A stretch of 64,000 nt of DNA from positions 105,152,001 to 105,216,000 of the forward strand of contig NC_043005.1 in the NCBI RefSeq assembly GCF_006345805.1. Direction: 5' to 3'. Every line of letters starts with the position of its first letter. Position 1 is the stretch's first letter. Source of the stretch: Octopus sinensis. Its lineage: Eukaryota. Position numbers and translations under genes: made by a program. Below the pieces are notes generated by a model. That model was not told where the DNA came from. It saw nothing but the letters and a program-made list of their open reading frames with translations, and searched no databases. Shown piece after piece: positions 27,571 through 39,718 of the stretch.

Positions 27571-29725
27571 GTTAGTTAGTTAGTTAGTTAATTTGGCTCA
27601 AAAGCAAATAGCAAGGCCATGTAGGGGGACATGGAGTTAAGTACAGGGTGGTGTTCATGTAAAGAGTTCAGGCCACTTGAGGTCAAGGGAGGCTTTGAAC
27701 AAAGCGGTCGTCGGCATCTTCACCATCTCGTCTGGCAGCTTGTTCCACGGATGCGCAACCCGGACGGAGTCCTCTCCTTCGATTGAGATGAAATCGTCGC
27801 AGGTAGAGCTTTTCGGAATGACCCCGCAGCTGACGCTCTGGAGCAAGAGTGAAGAACAGCTCTTTCGAGAGGTTACACTTTCCACTTATGATGTTGTGGG
27901 CGAGAATGAGATCACCACGGCGGCGGCGTTTTTCTAGAGAATAAAGGTCGAGCGTCCTCAGCCTTTCTTCATAGGACAAATTTTTGAGACCATGAACCAT
28001 GCGGTTAGCCAGCTTCTGGACTCTTTCGAGATGCTGTATGTCTTTGAGGAGATAAGGAGAAGAGGCTTGAATCCCGTACTCACCAGCGTGACATAGAGTG
28101 GTAAGAATATGGCTGCTGTGAGCATTCCGAATGACCGTCGAATCAAGAACAGAATTCCGCGTGCTTTGTTGGCAGCATGGACGCACTGGGCCGAAGGCGA
28201 AAAGGAGGAATCACCAACATACCCAGGTCTTTTACCTGATCGGTCCTCTCCAGCAGCAGACGACCCGGCTCGAAATCAAGTTGAGTTGCAGGAGGAGAGC
28301 CAACAGGCAGATGACAGCACTTTGACACGTTCAGACACAGGTCCCATTCGTTAGACCACCTCCAAATTTGGTGGAGGCATCGACGAAGATCCTCTATATC
28401 ACCGCGAGGAGCGACCAGTTTGACATCGTCGGCAAATAGAAGGGTGTGTTGCGTGAGGTCGCCGGGCAAGTCATTTATGAAGACTAAGAAGAATAAGGGC
28501 CCAAGCACTGAACCTTGAGGCACGCCACTGTTCGCACTGGAGACGTCGGACCGCGAACCATTAACTTGGACTTGGAAGGAGCGATCTGAGAGGAAGGCAC
28601 CAACCCATCGTACAATATCCGGATGGAAACTATATGCTTGAAGCTTGACAAGTAATAGGCGGTGGTTTACCGAGTCAAAAGCTTTGGCAAATTCCAATAA
28701 AACGATGTCAACAGCATCACTATCATCGAGGATGCGCGTCACCAATTCTTCCATTACCAGTAAGTTGGTCAAGCATGATCTCTTCGGCACGAAGCCGTGT
28801 TGGGAATCAGAGATAGAGGCTGTGTTTTGGAGGTGGAGCATCATACTTTTCTTAAGGATGGTTTCGAACATCTTGCTGATTATTGATGTAAGGGAAACCG
28901 GTCGGTAGTTAAGCGGGTCTTCGCGGCTCCCTTTCTTGAAAATTGGGCAGATTATCGCTGTCCTCCAGTCCGCAGGTATAACACCCGTCGCCAATGACAT
29001 ATTGAATAGACGTGTTAAGGGCTCGCAGATGACCGGAGCCAACGCTTTGATAACCCGTGGGTGTATGCCGTCAGGGCCGTGACACTTGTTGACATCGAGG
29101 CATTGAATAACACGTTTGACTTCGTCCCGCGTGATGACCAATCGAAGCATTGGAGGTACCGATCTATCAAATGGAGGGGGTTCACGACCATCATCTTGTT
29201 TGATAATTGTTGAAAAAGCCTCGGCAAATAATATGTATGTATGGACGTTATCAAAGAAGCTTGAGAGGCGGTTGGATGGAACCTATACCCGCCTCCTTAT
29301 GAGAGCTCAAAATCTCTCGTGGAAGCGCCATCCAACCAAAATGCAAATATATGGGAAACTACCACCTGTGTCATCTCTTGTGAAAGGTAGGAGAGTCCAG
29401 TTTGCTGGACATTGTTGTAGAGCTGAAAAAGAGGTAATTTCTACTCTTCTCTGGAAGCCATCTACTCGCAATACCAGAGAGCGCACTCTCCTACCCTGAT
29501 GTAATCTCCAGGGATACAGGCATCCAGCAACAGAACCTCCGTAATGCCATGATGGACTGTGAAGTCTGGCGTAGCATGGTAAATTCCACTGTCTCGACCA
29601 CGGTCGAACAATGATGATGATGATGTATCGAAGTTTGCTATGATTTTGACACTGGATATTTCGTCCCGAGTTGACGCTTGATTTTGACAGTACGATGGAG
29701 ACGGTCAATGAGGTAACGCTGGAGT
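27571..29725 (-). mobile_element. 5'-truncated CR1-group LINE (ORF2 reverse transcriptase, frameshifted), interrupted by an RTE fragment
   Basis: Motifs NYRPVSLTS, QHGF, FAKAFDSV, GVPQGSVLGP, LFADD, SYEERL..L.LYSLEKRR.RGDLI; (TAAC)n tail at ~27571-27590. Confidence 0.92.
29238..29625 (+). mobile_element. RTE-group LINE 3' fragment nested in the CR1-group element
   Basis: WTLSKKLERRLDGTYTRLLMRAQNLSWKRH...RRVQFAGHC and (ATG)n tail; opposite strand to the host LINE. Confidence 0.8.
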
Positions 29726-29844
29726 GTTATTAGGCCTAGAATTATTACACCTCCTGCTTTTAAAAAAATTCTTTGATGTACTTTCTTGGGTACGAATTGA
29801 TAATGATACGGATAGAAAATGTGGAATGAAAATCAGACTTACAA

Positions 29845-29845
<1 letters not shown>

Positions 29846-29925
<80 letters not shown>

Positions 29926-29946
29926 GTCTATCTATCTGTCTATCTA

Positions 29947-29977
<31 letters not shown>

Positions 29978-29978
29978 G

Positions 29979-30037
<59 letters not shown>

Positions 30038-30038
30038 G

Positions 30039-30100
<62 letters not shown>

Positions 30101-30113
30101 ATCTATCTATCTA

Positions 30114-30186
<73 letters not shown>
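29846..30186. repeat. (TATC)n/(TGTC)n followed by (TA)n microsatellite
   Basis: Visible tandem repeat. Confidence 0.95.
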
Positions 30187-30187
<1 letters not shown>

Positions 30188-30259
30188 CCTTAAATCCTTA
30201 AAAATGTTTTAGCCCGAAGGCCGCGGCCATGCTGGGGCACCACCGCTGAATGAGCTACA

Positions 30260-33200
30260 TTAATTTGTGAATCCAACTCTGATACATGGCACTTGATCAA
30301 CAAGGGAGTTCGATGCTGCTGCCCGCATCCGCGTCTCCTGTCGTGAGGTAGGTTCATCTGGGACTCCCAACAAGAAGAGATCCAGTTTAGTTTTAAAGAA
30401 ACCAACATCCACACCATGTAAGTCTCTCAGGCATTTAGGGAGGATGATAAAGAGCTGTGGTCCTCTGAAACCCAAGCTGTTGCAGTATCTGGACCTGTAT
30501 TTTGATGGTGATGTTGGAATCCTTGGCACCACGCAGTGGCGCCCCGTTCTGCGGTTGGGGTAACTTTGAATGCCAAAGTTTGGGACAAGACCCTCCAGGA
30601 TTTTCCAGATGTATATCACCGCATATCTCTCCCACCTCCGCTCTAGGGAGAAGAGGTTTAATACCTTCAGTCTTTCCCAGTAGCTGATATTTTGCATTGA
30701 GACGATTTTCTTTGTGTAGCTTCTCTGAATTGCTTCGAGTTCTGCTGTTAGTTTTATATTCTGTGGTGACCACAGTTGGGAGCAGTAGTCCAAGCGGCTG
30801 AGGACGAATGTTTTCCATAGGACCATCAGTGTCTCCTTCTCTCTTGTTCTGAAAGTTCGGAGAATCCATCCAGCCAGCCGTCTGCATTTTATCACCAGAT
30901 TAGCAATATGCACTTGGAAAGATGCATCATTGCTCATGTCAATGCCCAGGTCACGCACTGATTTTGACTCAGAGATTGCAATTCTTTCTGGGCCAGTGTA
31001 TCCAGTCTTCACGTCATTTACCTTTGTGTGCCAGTAGCGCAGGGCCTGGAACTTACCTGCATTAAACTGCATGTTGTTGTCCTCAGCCCACCTGTATATT
31101 GTGTCCAGCTCATGTTGCAGATGCGCAATATTTTCAGGGTTTTGTATTGCGTGGGAGACTTTTGTGTCATCTGCATAGCTAGCAAGGGTGGTCATCGTAG
31201 CAACTGAAGGCATGTCTGAAAGGGCCACTATGAACATCAGTGGCCCCAAGACAGTGCCCTGTGGGACACCGCTTGCTATTTGCGTTTCCTTGGAGGTGGC
31301 TCCATTGCTCACTACTGCCTGTTTTCTGTCTTTTAGGAAGTTGTGCAGCCACTCTCCAAGTTTTCCGCATATGCCGAGACCACGCAGTTTGTGACAGATC
31401 ATACCATGGTCGACCTTATCAAAGGCTTTTGCAAAGTCGAGATATATTACATCCACATTTGAGCCACTTAGTAGCTGTTTCAACACCCAGTCATAGTGTT
31501 GCAGGATCTGTGTTAGGCAGCCTCTACCTGGTCGAAATCCATGCTGGGTGTCAGACAGCAAGTCATTTTCTTCAAGGAACATGATTAGTTTCTTACGGAC
31601 TATTCGTTCCATGACTTTGCTGATGTGTGAGGTCAGAGAGATAGGCCTATAATTTTTAGCATCTGCTCTGCTACCTCCCTTATGGATAGGGCATATTACC
31701 CTCTCTTTCAATTTGACTGGGAGCTTACCACTTGCAAGAAAGCTCTGAAAAGAAGCTGTAGCGGTTTTGCAAGGGCTCGTTTGCACGATTTGAGAAGGAT
31801 CGCTGGGAATCCATCAGGTCCAGCAGCTGAGTTTGTGTCAATCTCATCTATGGCTTGTGTGATATCATCATCTTCGATGTTGATGTACTCAATTTTTGCC
31901 TCTTTGGCCGCAGGTAAAGTGGCAAAGAATTCTTCTGGGTTGTTTACTTGCCTGTGTCCTAGAGGTGTAGTGAACACACTTTGGAACTGTTCGTTCAGTA
32001 TTTCACTTAACCTCGTGGGATTTCCTGTGAGAGAGCCATCTTTTTGGAAGCTAGGTCCTATTCTCTGGTGCACTGTGGCTGTCTCTTTGGCAAACTTAAA
32101 GAAAGCTTTAGGGTTTGATTTTATATTTTCTATTACCCAAGCTTCTTTATCTGCTCTCTCCTTTTCATGGGACTGATGTAGACTTTTCTGTTTCCATTAG
32201 CATTCTTTCGAGCCGAGACTTCTCACCACTTTTGGTGTGCTTGCTCAGGCGGTTCGCAATCCTTGTCCGTCGTCTCATAAGAATCCTCCTTTCTCTAGAG
32301 ATCCTGTTTTTGTTCTTGTGTGTGCTGGCCCTGCACACTGGGACATATTTGTCACATATGGCTTGTATTATGGACATGAAGTGTTTGTGTTTCATGTTTA
32401 TGTCCGGTGTGGAGAGACATTCAGCCAATCCTGTTTGAGGATCTCTTTCTCAATCAACTTCCAGTTGGCTTTATGAAAGTTTAAGTTGGAGAGATGGTGG
32501 ATGCTTCGTATAGGCTGTGTGTCTACGGGGGCTTTTGTTCCATACATAGACAGCTCTATTATGTTGTGATCCGAGATCATTGTCGGCATCACATTAACAT
32601 TATGGATAATATCCATATTGTTTGTGAAGCAGAGATCCAGTATATTATCTGCCCTTGTTGGTTGCAGAACTATTTGCTCCATGAAAGAGGCATTTGTGAG
32701 ATGGAGCAGGGACTCCACCTGTGCCTGCTGATGGTGTGTCATCCCTGGGAGCATCTGCCCCCCAGGCCATTCCATATTGGGGAGGGTAAAGTCACCCATG
32801 AAGAATACACTCACCAACCTTTCAAGGTTGGTGAGGACTTCTCCTATTTTTGTTAGGCAGTCTTCAAACATGCCTGAGTGTTTTGGGGCATCTGGTGGGC
32901 GATATGTAGTGCATATGACGATATTCAGTTGTCTTATGTGTACAATTTGAGTTTCACATACTGAGTTTGAATATGACAGCAGGACCTGGGGCGTGAGGTC
33001 ATCTCGGATGTACATTGCATCTCCACCATGGCTGCTCCCTTTTCTATCTGTGCGTATGACTGCATATTGCGGCATGTGTATTTCTGCATCACCTATATCG
33101 GGTTCAAGATGCGTTTCTGTGAGTGCCATGCATATAGCTTGATTGCATGTCACAAGGTCTCTCAGGAATGAGATTTTCCTTTTACAGTTTCCGCGCAGCA

Positions 33201-33267
33201 GCCCTCCTACATTCAGTAGAAATAATCTTGTGGTGTGTGTGTTGGTGTTGGTGTCTGTGGTGGCCAT
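30260..33267 (-). pseudogene. LINE ORF2 (APE endonuclease + reverse transcriptase), broken into four ORF pieces
   Basis: Collinear ORFs 32398-33360, 32165-32428, 31708-32073, 30260-31786; probable start ATG at 33267. Confidence 0.9.
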
Positions 33268-33673
33268 CCTGCATCTGTTGGTGGTGGCCTTATGTGGTGG
33301 TAGTTCCAGCTTTGTGCTTGTAGCCAGGTCAGCTGCTGAACAATTTTTTGTGCCATGCACAAAAAAGATTGCTGTTCAGCTGCTGCCCTTCTTACATCTG
33401 GGTGAAGCTGGCCATTTGTTGGGTTACCACGCACCACATCTGCATATCGTCTTTCAGGAGTGGTCAGTGCGCTTTTTTCCCTTCTTTTATATTTTTCTTT
33501 TTGTTCTTTTTGTTCTCCCCGAGGGAGGGACCCCTGTCTCGCGTCCGTGCGGTTTTGGTGGGGCCTCTGATGTGCAAAGCGACAGTTTGCACCTTCAATG
33601 CCGTACCAGCAGTCCCCCTTCAGGTAGAATTTGCAGATGTTTCTTTCTTTGCCCTTATAGTTCTTGCTGGGGT

Positions 33674-33674
<1 letters not shown>
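33213..33674 (-). pseudogene. LINE ORF1 C-terminal part with CCCH zinc finger (5'-truncated at TA repeat)
   Basis: Open frame from 33674 to stop 33213; CKFYLKGDCWYGIEGANCRFAH (C-X7-C-X8-C-X3-H) at 33635-33570; overlaps the ORF2 start. Confidence 0.8.
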
Positions 33675-33704
<30 letters not shown>

Positions 33705-33711
<7 letters not shown>

Positions 33712-34013
33712 ATACTCTGTTTTTCTGTTGTAAAAATGTTTTTTCCGTTTTCGTTTCTCGTTGAGTTCTACGTCTAGTTGTGGTGTCCTGTACTCACGTA
33801 CATATATTTATATATGCATGTATATATACGTGTAGATGTAGGTACGTACATATATGTTTGTATGTATGCATATATTTTATTTATTACACTATTTTTGACA
33901 GCGCCCTCGCGTCGATTCGATTCGATTCGTTCGCTTCGTTCCGTTCTTATTCTCCCAGTACTGTTTTATATATAATTATGACGCGAAATTCCTTATCTCT
34001 TTGCTTTACCTTC

Positions 34014-34053
<40 letters not shown>

Positions 34054-34770
34054 TCCTCATCTCTCTCTCAGCCGCTTGTCTTCCTCTATCTCTCTCTCTC
34101 TTACTCCTCCTCATCTTTGTCACTGCTAGCCAAAACTACTTACTTTTACACGCAGCCTTCAAACTGTAAAGACACACATTTGTGTTCCCATGCGCTGCCA
34201 GAATCTCTTCCGTCTAAGCCAGAAAAAGGCCTTTTCGTTTGTTTTCTTGTTTGTTTTCTTGTTTATTATTTTTATTTCTCGTATTGTATTTTCTTGTACA
34301 TGTATTTTTATCTTGTATTATATTTCGTAGTTTTATTTGTATCGTTTTTACGTCCTGTTTGTGTTACATTTTTTTCTTCCTTGTTTTTACCCCTCTGCGA
34401 AGTAATTTTATTTTAATTCTCTCGCAGAAAGGACTAGTTTGGCGAGTCGTGTTCTGTCTTGCCTTCGAAACACGCTGGGGCCGACATGGAGACAGCTGAT
34501 GAAGGGGATTTTTCCTTGTGTAGTATGTCCTGTACTGTGTTTTTCTGTTGTAAAAAAATGGTTTTTCCGTTTTCGTTTCTCGTTGAGTTCTACGTCTCTG
34601 TTTTTCTGTTGTAAAAAAATGGTTTTTCCGTTTTCGTTTCTCGTTGAGTTCTACATCTAGTTGTGGTGTCCTGTACTCACGTATATATATTTATATATGT
34701 ATATATACATGTAGATGTAGGTACATACATATATGTTTGTATGTATGCATATATTTTATTTATTACACTA
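33705..34770 (+). mobile_element. Second ORF-less Penelope-LTR-like element (related subfamily of 23196-24175)
   Basis: Direct repeats ~33705-33892 / 34525-34770 (internal ~60-bp tandem duplication); CT-rich then T-rich interior; hammerhead cores. Confidence 0.65.
34439..34507 (+). ncRNA. Candidate permuted/split hammerhead ribozyme, copy 2
   Basis: cgtgT/Acacg stem III; GUU 34451-34453; stem I ctgtct/agacag; GAAA 34467-34470; perfect CTGATGA 34496-34502; stem II cttc/gggg after an extra A. Confidence 0.6.
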
Positions 34771-35011
34771 TATATATACCTGTGAATATCAATACAGAGA
34801 TAGGGTAGCGATAGGAGAGTAAATGGGGAGAGAAGGGAGGAGAGGAAGAGAGGTAGAGATGGGGAAGGGAGGTGAGAAAGGATAGTGGAAGAAGCAAACA
34901 GACTTATATATATAAAAAGTGAGAGAAAGAATGAGTGTGAGGGATAGATAGAAAGGTAGATAGATAAATAGATAGACAGATGAATGGATAGATAGATAAA
35001 TAGATAGATAA

Positions 35012-35070
<59 letters not shown>

Positions 35071-36583
35071 TAGATAGATAGATAGATAGACAGACAGATG
35101 GATGGATAGATAGATAGATTGAACAATCTCAGCCATCCTTCATAACTCGAATCTCACCAACACACAGACACATTGTTGAACAGAGATAAGGACACAGACA
35201 GGCAGACATAAAACAGACAAACTCATCCTCCCATCGACTCTAAGTCAAAGGGTCGGAGCTGGAATTGTTTGGTGCTTTTCCAAAAGAGATCTTCATTAAA
35301 CTGTCCCGATTGATTGTTGTGTGTACGGCAAGGTTATATCTCAGTAGTTGTATCAAATGTTAATGTCCTAGCTTTCTGATTTACTCGGATGAAACGATCG
35401 CGTTACTAATTTGATGAATATTACTGATCCGGAAAGCTACGTTGCTGAAATTAATTGCTCAAACTCAATTAAGAATCGAATTAATTCGACTTTGGAACAA
35501 AGTCACAATTAATGGTAAATACTTTTGTAATATAGTCTTCATTGTACGATGGTTATATTTATATGTATTTGTCTATCTATGTATGTGTATGCATGTATAT
35601 ATGTATGTATGTGTGCATATAAGTATGTGTGTGTGTGTGTACACAGACATACAAAATCGAAATATATGCACGAACATATATATGTATGTATATATACGTC
35701 TGCACATATGATCGTGTATGTATGTGTGCATATATATTTATACGTGTGATTTCATATGTATATTTGTGTATGTATTCTTTGTGTGTATATATGTATATAT
35801 ATATATATATGCATACATACATATGTGTGTATACAGAGAGAGAAAGAGAGAGAGAGAGAGAAAGAGAGAAAAGAGAAACAGACAGACAGACAGACATACA
35901 GAGAGTGAGAGAAAGAGAGATTAATACTTATAAGGGAATATATCGACGTATGTATCGTTATATGGCATTATTTTACTATACGTATTTATGTATGTATGTA
36001 TGTATTTATGTATGTATGTGTGACTATATACATACATATATATATATATATTTATTTACCCATTCACACGTTTGCATATACATATATATATATACACACA
36101 TACATATACAAATATACACTCTCCCGTGCTCTATCTCACTCTCCCGTGCTCTATCTCACTCTCCCTACCACACCACTCATGCAGAAACGCGCATGCATAC
36201 ATACAAACGTGCAATAACACCCACTTAACCGGTGATGATTCAATGACTGACCATTTGAGAATCTTTAAGTGGGATGAAATAAGGATTAAATCCTTATAAA
36301 TACTTAAGAATCGAACCTAATAATGACACAAAAGTGTTCATAATTGATTAAATGAAGTCACATCAGTTTCTCTCTACCATCAGTAATTGTCTTGCATCTT
36401 CTGTAAAATCTTTTACTGACTACAAACTCCTCTACTTTTCCGATTACAAACGTGGAAGTCCGGTCTTCGGTTAACCCCGCTGCGGCTTTGCCGATATCTG
36501 TTCCTGTGTTAGTAAGGCATTTGTAGTTTACTGTTTGAAATTCACATGTATCATCAGACGCTGGCTAAAGAGTTACACGGACA

Positions 36584-36813
36584 TAAGGCGGCAAGCTGGC
36601 AGAATCGTTAGCACGCCGGGCAAAATGCCTCGCGGTATTTCGTCTGCCACTACGTTCTGAGTTCAAATTCCGCCGAGGTTGACTTTGCCTTTCATCCTTT
36701 CGGGGTCGATTAAATAAGTACCAGTTACGCACTGGTACTTATAATCGACTTAATCCGTTTGTCTGTCCTTGTTTGTCCTCTCTGTGTTTAGCCCTCTGTG
36801 GGCAATAAAGACA
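36584..36813 (+). mobile_element. SINE family A, full length with 18-bp TSD
   Basis: taaagagttacacggaca at 36566-36583 and 36814-36831. Confidence 0.93.
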
Positions 36814-36878
36814 TAAAGAGTTACACGGACAAATACGCACACAAACTCATATAGTCACACACGCTCACATTTACACTG

Positions 36879-36920
<42 letters not shown>

Positions 36921-36994
36921 TATGATTGTGATTGTTACAGTGCATACCTGCGTGTACGTGTGTGCGTGTGTGTGTGCATGTGTGTGCGTGTGTG

Positions 36995-37034
<40 letters not shown>

Positions 37035-37295
37035 ATTGTAGACTGCAAGTGACGTATGTTATTTCTGTGACTGGAGACGTAAAGTTCTTACTTTCTTTTT
37101 CAGTTTGTTACTGTTGTATAACTGAAGCTTGGTATATTCATATCATTGTTCCCTCATCAGCCAATCATATGCTACGAATGACCACAATCGCGGTGATCCC
37201 TGCTCTGCTTATATCCGTATATGTGTGTATGTTTGTGTATTTGTACATGTTTTTTACGTGTTTATGTGCGTATGTGTATATATGTATACATATGT

Positions 37296-37676
37296 GGAGG
37301 CGCAATGGCCCAGTGGTTAGGGCAACGGACTCGCGGTCATAGGATCGCGGTTTCGATTCCCAGACCGGGCGTTGTGAGTGTTTATTGAGCGAAAACACCT
37401 AAAAGCTCCACGAGGCTCCGGCAGGGGATGGTGGTGATCCCTGCTATACTCTTTCACCACAACTTTCTCTCACTCTTACTGCCTGTTTCTGTTGTACATG
37501 TATTTCAAGGGGCCGGCCTTGTCACTCTCTGTGTCACGCTGAATATCCACGAGAACTACGTTAAGGGTACACGTGTCTGTGGAGTGCTCAGCCACTTACA
37601 CGTTAATTTCACGAGCAGGCTGTTCCGTTGATTCGGATCAACCGGAACTCTCATCGTCGTAACCGACGGAGTGCTT
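37296..37676 (+). mobile_element. tRNA-headed SINE family C
   Basis: A-box TGGCCCAGTGG, B-box GGTTTCGATTCC; second copy at 46703-47061 (-). Confidence 0.9.
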
Positions 37677-38029
37677 CCATGTATGCATATGTTATCAACG
37701 AATATTCCATTATTCTGTGCAGTTGAGCTATAGAAGCTGTATTCGTATATATTGTAGCATTGTAACACAAAATAACGTCATATTATAAAATCTCGTAGTG
37801 CAATGATGCGAGTTGTCGCCATGTTTAAAATACAAATGCGATAATTTGAGAGAGTAAAAGAAGTGTACCCTAATTGTTATTGGGAGAGCAATGGCCCAGC
37901 TACGAGATATGAGTGATGCAAATCCTGGGAAAGGACTTGTTTTATTATCAAACATTATATTTTCTTTTGTATATCATTTTTAAATAGTTTGATTTGGAGG
38001 GAGAGCTGTGCCCAAATATGTAAATACAC

Positions 38030-38111
<82 letters not shown>

Positions 38112-38116
38112 GTCTG

Positions 38117-38179
<63 letters not shown>

Positions 38180-38228
38180 GTCTGTCTGTCTATTTGTCTG
38201 TTTGTCTGACTGTCTATCAGCCTGGCTC

Positions 38229-38285
<57 letters not shown>

Positions 38286-38686
38286 CGTCTATCTATCTGT
38301 CTATATATCTATATATCTGTCTATCTGTCTGTCTATCTATCTACACACACACATACGTACGCACGCGCGCACACACACATACACACTCACAAACACACAC
38401 ACACACATTTATATGTCCTCCGGTCATTTCAGTTATGTAACCACACACGTATGCATCTTGGACTATTTTCTTCTTTCCTGACCTTTTCTGTTTTCTCTTC
38501 ATGACGAAGAGCCAAGCTAGAAACGTTACACTCAACCTTTTTTATCCCTCTTAAACTGAGCGTCAGCGTCTTACATTTTCTGTTTACGTCCTTTTAACTT
38601 TTGTTGCTTTCATGTTTATTACCGATTTCATTATGTACGCCCCCTTGTAAATTATAATACAGTTATCGTTCAAAACATAACACATA

Positions 38687-38860
38687 GGCGTAGGAGTGGC
38701 TGTGTGGTAAGTAACTTGCTTACCAACCACATGGTTCCGGGTCCAGTCCCACTGCATGGCATCTTGGGCAAGTGTCTTCTGCTATAGCCCCGGACCGACC
38801 AATGCCTTGTGAGTGGATTTGGTAGACGGAAACTGAAAGAAGCTTGTCGTATGTGTATGT
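38687..38860 (+). mobile_element. SINE family B 5' half
   Basis: Matches the family B head up to the internal TA repeat. Confidence 0.88.
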
Positions 38861-38914
<54 letters not shown>

Positions 38915-38947
38915 GATATATAGATATATAGATATATATATATATAA

Positions 38948-39280
38948 AAGGGTAAAGACCCCCTTCGGTCATGAGTGACCATGTGTTTGCACCTAGAGAG
39001 TTACCCTCTGAGGCACAAGTCTGGGCAAGGTTGTTTTATGGAAGACCAGTAGTCGCCCATGCATACCGGCCTCCCCTCTCCACGCCACCAGTGTTATCCA
39101 AGAGAAAGAGAAAGGTCGATACAGCTTGGCACATGTGACGTCGCAACTCATTTCTACAGCTGAGTGAACTGGAGCAACGTGAAATAAAGTGTCTTGCTCA
39201 AGAACACAACACGCAGCCCGGTCCGGGATTCGAGCTCACAACCTCACGATCGTAAGCTCGACGCTCTAACCACTGACCCA
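38948..39280 (-). mobile_element. tRNA-headed SINE family D
   Basis: Minus strand: TCAGTGGTTAGAGCG A-box, GAGCTCGAATCCC B-box, CTTGAGCAAGACACTT block. Confidence 0.82.
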
Positions 39281-39325
<45 letters not shown>

Positions 39326-39422
39326 GCATATATATATATATATATATGCATGTATATGTGTATATATGTATATGTTTGTATATGCGTGTATATATGTATA
39401 TGCGTGACATCTTGGGCAAATG

Positions 39423-39457
<35 letters not shown>

Positions 39458-39530
39458 GCATGTATATGTGTATATATGTATATGTTTGTATATGCCTGTA
39501 TATATGTATATGCGTGTATATATGTATATG

Positions 39531-39632
39531 CGTGGCATCTTGGGCAAGTGTCTTCTGCTATAGCCCCGGGCCGACCAAAGCCTTGTGAGTGGATTTGGTA
39601 GACGGAAACTGAAAGGAGCCTGTCGTATATAT

Positions 39633-39718
<86 letters not shown>

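Larger units (their letters stand above)
30186..33675 (-). mobile_element. Near-full-length CR1-group LINE (partial ORF1 + APE-RT ORF2, several frameshifts), embedded in (TA)n
   Basis: APE motifs LNVGG, LTETHL, YRPP, GDF, LDL, SDHN; RT motifs YLDFAKAFDKVDH, GVPQGTVLGP, YADD; short 3' UTR with (TTTAAGGA)-type tail. Confidence 0.95.

Noticed and set aside
33143-33733. 196-aa plus-strand ORF
   Set aside because: Antisense shadow of LINE ORF1/ORF2 running into a microsatellite.
36117-36164. 20-bp tandem repeat (cactctcccgtgctctatct x ~2.4)
   Set aside because: Ordinary local slippage duplication.
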